A stretch of 64,000 nucleotides of DNA from the NCBI RefSeq assembly GCF_006345805.1, contig NC_043022.1, positions 12,586,001-12,650,000 of the forward strand, read 5' to 3'. A program made the translations under genes and the position numbers. The DNA is from Octopus sinensis. Its lineage: Eukaryota. The notes beneath the pieces were generated by a model that worked only from the letters and a program-made list of their open reading frames with translations, was not told where the DNA came from and did not search any database. Below are positions 61,043 to 64,000 of this stretch, piece after piece. Within the stretch, counting starts at the first letter, position 1, and the number at the start of each line of letters is the position of its first letter.

Positions 61043-64000
61043 CTATTAAAAAATAGAAATTTAAGACAATTAAGGAATATTTGATCTTTTAACCTCTCTC
61101 TCTCTCTCTCTCTCTCTTTACTACTGTTGAAATAGGGACAGTATGAAGAGGTTCCTGTGTAATAACTTACTTGACTTTGTCCATATAGCAAGTTACCTCT
61201 CTCTCAAAAAAGTTCAAACCATCTTTAAAATTAGGACCATATGGCAAATCACTTCTACATGGTGGATTGATTAATTCAATACAGACAACTTTGTTCACTA
61301 CCTTTCAAAAATAATCACCACCACCACCACCACCAAAAGACAAGAGCTGGAATAAAAGTGACTTAACAATGAAGAGAAACACTGAATTGAGGATTTATTT
61401 TCAGTATTATGTGGTTAGGGGTTCTGTCACATGGGCAGATGCAGTCAGCTGGTTGACCAACACCTTGTAAGTGAAATTGGTAGATAGAAACATAAAGAAG
61501 CCCATATTGTGTGTGTGCAGCTAAGTTCATATTTCCTCTCATCTTGACATGCTTGTGTGTTAATAGGCGTGGATTGGCTGTGTGGTAAGTAGCTTGCTTA
61601 CGAACCTCATGGTTCCGGGTTCAGTCACTTGACAACCAATGCTGGTGTGTTTACGTCCCTGTAACTTAGTGGTTTGGCAAAAGAGACCGATAGAATAAGT
61701 ACTAGGCTTACAAAGAATAAGTCCTGGGGTTGATTTGCTCGACTAAAGGCGGTGCTCCAGCATGGCCATAGTCAAATAACGAAACAAGTAAAAGCTTCAT
61801 CATTCATACAAGTGGTGTCATTTGTTTGCAGTCCACTGTGTAAACCTGACTGGGGCTCTTGACATGTTGCAAGCTGATTATAATCAAAAGCTTCATTGTT
61901 CATACAAATAGTGTCATTTATTGTTCGCTACAAAAGCATATATCAGTTGTTTGTTGTTCAATAGGCCAGAAACAAGTGAAGGTTGGCAACAGAAAGAGCA
62001 TCTAACTGTAGAAAATTCTGCCTTGATGTGGACTGGCTCATGCAAGCATGGAGAAATAGGTATTGATACGATGGGAGTAGCAGTGGTAGAAGTTTTGACT
62101 CAATCAATGAATGGAAGTTGTTTCCACTATATTAACCTGTGATTGACCCAATCAAATGTCTCTTAATTGGCATAACCTTTTAGTTACCATTGGATAATTT
62201 AATGTAATATGCTGGCAGCACAAAGAAAGCACCAAGTCTACACTGTAAAGTGGTTGGTGTTTGGAAAGGTATTAAGCTTTAGAAACCATTGCAAGGCATA
62301 CACTCAAATACAATATAGTCCTAGGGTCTATCAGATCTTGGCAAACCATCTAACCCATGCCATCATGGAACATGGACGTTAAATGTTGATGTGAAAATTG
62401 TTACCAGAATGTATGGATTTGGTTAAGCTTAGATGATTGAAGAATATCAATGTGAATTCAAACACCTCAAGCAATTAAGGTGAAATTTTAAGTCGCAGTC
62501 AACATAAATATCACTCTACTCTCAGTACTGTGTCACCATGTCAGTAAATGTTCCAATGTTATTCCTTAAGCTACTTGATAACTTTATTTAATACTTATGC
62601 TGATACATATCAAGAAAATCAAATCGATTGGATTGGATGGAATAATAAAAGTATGTGTACATAAAAAGGGTTCAGAAAGAAAAAAATTATTTTAATTATA
62701 TAATCTATGTATTTCATTACATAATCCATGCATGTGTAAAACAGTAACAGTATGTTACTGTAGGCAATATTAAAATTTCGTAATTTATTACCCTGTGAAT
62801 TCAGTTAATTCAATTACTCTGGTTAACTACAGCTGTTGCCCACAATCAAGCTATGATCTAGTATTAGCATACACTTTGCCCTTCACTGATGTCATTCTTT
62901 TTTCTTTTCTTTGTTTTAGGTGCCCATGTAGTCACAATGACACACACAAATACTCTCTCAATACAGTGGAACATTCAAGACACGCCAGTTGGAAGGCAAG
63001 AGAAAGGATGAAATTATAGTTGCACTCCATGCAGAGAGCCAGAACAAAATCCACGCAAAGCATTTTGTCTAATGATATTGCTAAACCACCACTTTACAAG
63101 ACTTCACTTAATTGCTCAATTATTTCATACATACACGTATTTCATATATCATCATTTTACATCTGCTTTCCATGCTGGCATGGATAGGATATTTTTATCA
63201 GTGAGCTGCAGGGCTGTGTTGATCTCCAGTGTCATCTTTGGCATGGTTTCTACGTTTGGTTGCCCTTCCAAACACTGACCAATTTACAGAGCATACTTAC
63301 AAATTATGTGATAGAAAAATAATTGTAATTTGCAAGACAGAAAAGAACAGAGAAGGAAAGGGAGGAAGAACCTCCCACTACTAAGAAGTATTTTGGATGG
63401 GTGTATGGAGGTGAATGGCTGTATGCCAGGTGTCAAAAGGTTAAAGTATGAAGTATGATAGAGGAACAAGCATGGGTGCCTTATATATACAGCTTCATTT
63501 TGAGTACAGGTGGATCCTATGCCTCATATGAAGTCAGCTGTAGCTGTAAGAAATATGCATTGATAATTCATATATGTAACATATGGTATGATTATAAACA
63601 GAGCAAATTTTAACCATTTCTCTGCAGACTGAAAAAATGATGGACAACCCTAATTGATTTTTTTAACCTTATTGGGTTCTCATCTGACAGTCTCCAGAGA
63701 AACAAGCAGCCAAAACTGTTTATATACTCAACAAATGCAGCAGTTACACTATGAAGGAGTCCCTAATTTGCACACAGAAAGTGTTTAACACTCTATAAGT
63801 ACTAGTGGCCTGTCAATGGGGATCTTAGTCGACACAGTATCAAGGTATGATATAATATATACGTAACATTTGAAGATAAACCTGTACAATTCTATGTGTA
63901 TGTGGAGGTAAACCTGTAAATCCAACTTGTGCAGGTAAAGCTATATAACTATCTGAAGAAATTTTATCTCCATGATTGTTTCAGATTAATCAAGCATTTC

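Noticed and set aside
62900-63060. Possible ECE transmembrane/N-terminal exon or plus-strand exon near the window end
   Set aside because: No hydrophobic TM-encoding minus-strand frame with splice sites found; the plus-strand acceptor has no convincing donor.

Overview
AT-rich, microsatellite- and SINE-dense eukaryotic genomic DNA, most likely from an octopus or other coleoid cephalopod (inferred from an embedded mollusc-type mitochondrial fragment and the repeat landscape). The main gene is a minus-strand M13 zinc metallopeptidase of the endothelin-converting enzyme (ECE) type. I assembled 17 coding exons by hand (61042 down to 22700, 2057 nt). All have GT-AG boundaries and consistent phases, and they encode NAYY, HELTH, GENIAD and a C-terminal CEVW; the N-terminal/transmembrane exons were not found and probably lie beyond base 64000. 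Mobile DNA includes a long-inverted-repeat mariner derivative, a 5'-truncated Tx1/L1-type LINE, three RTE LINE fragments, a Buster/Charlie-type hAT transposase remnant, a TTAA-flanked piggyBac-type MITE and several tRNA-derived SINE families. The most unusual observations are: (1) a dense cluster of plus-strand splice sites at about 31.4-32.8 kb that phases into a compact micro-exon ORF nested antisense in an ECE intron; (2) a ~330-bp tandem array whose units each hold two divergent ~81-nt tRNA-like modules; (3) an adjacent ~1.3-kb NUMT (rrnL-trnV-rrnS); (4) two near-perfect hairpins in non-repetitive sequence.
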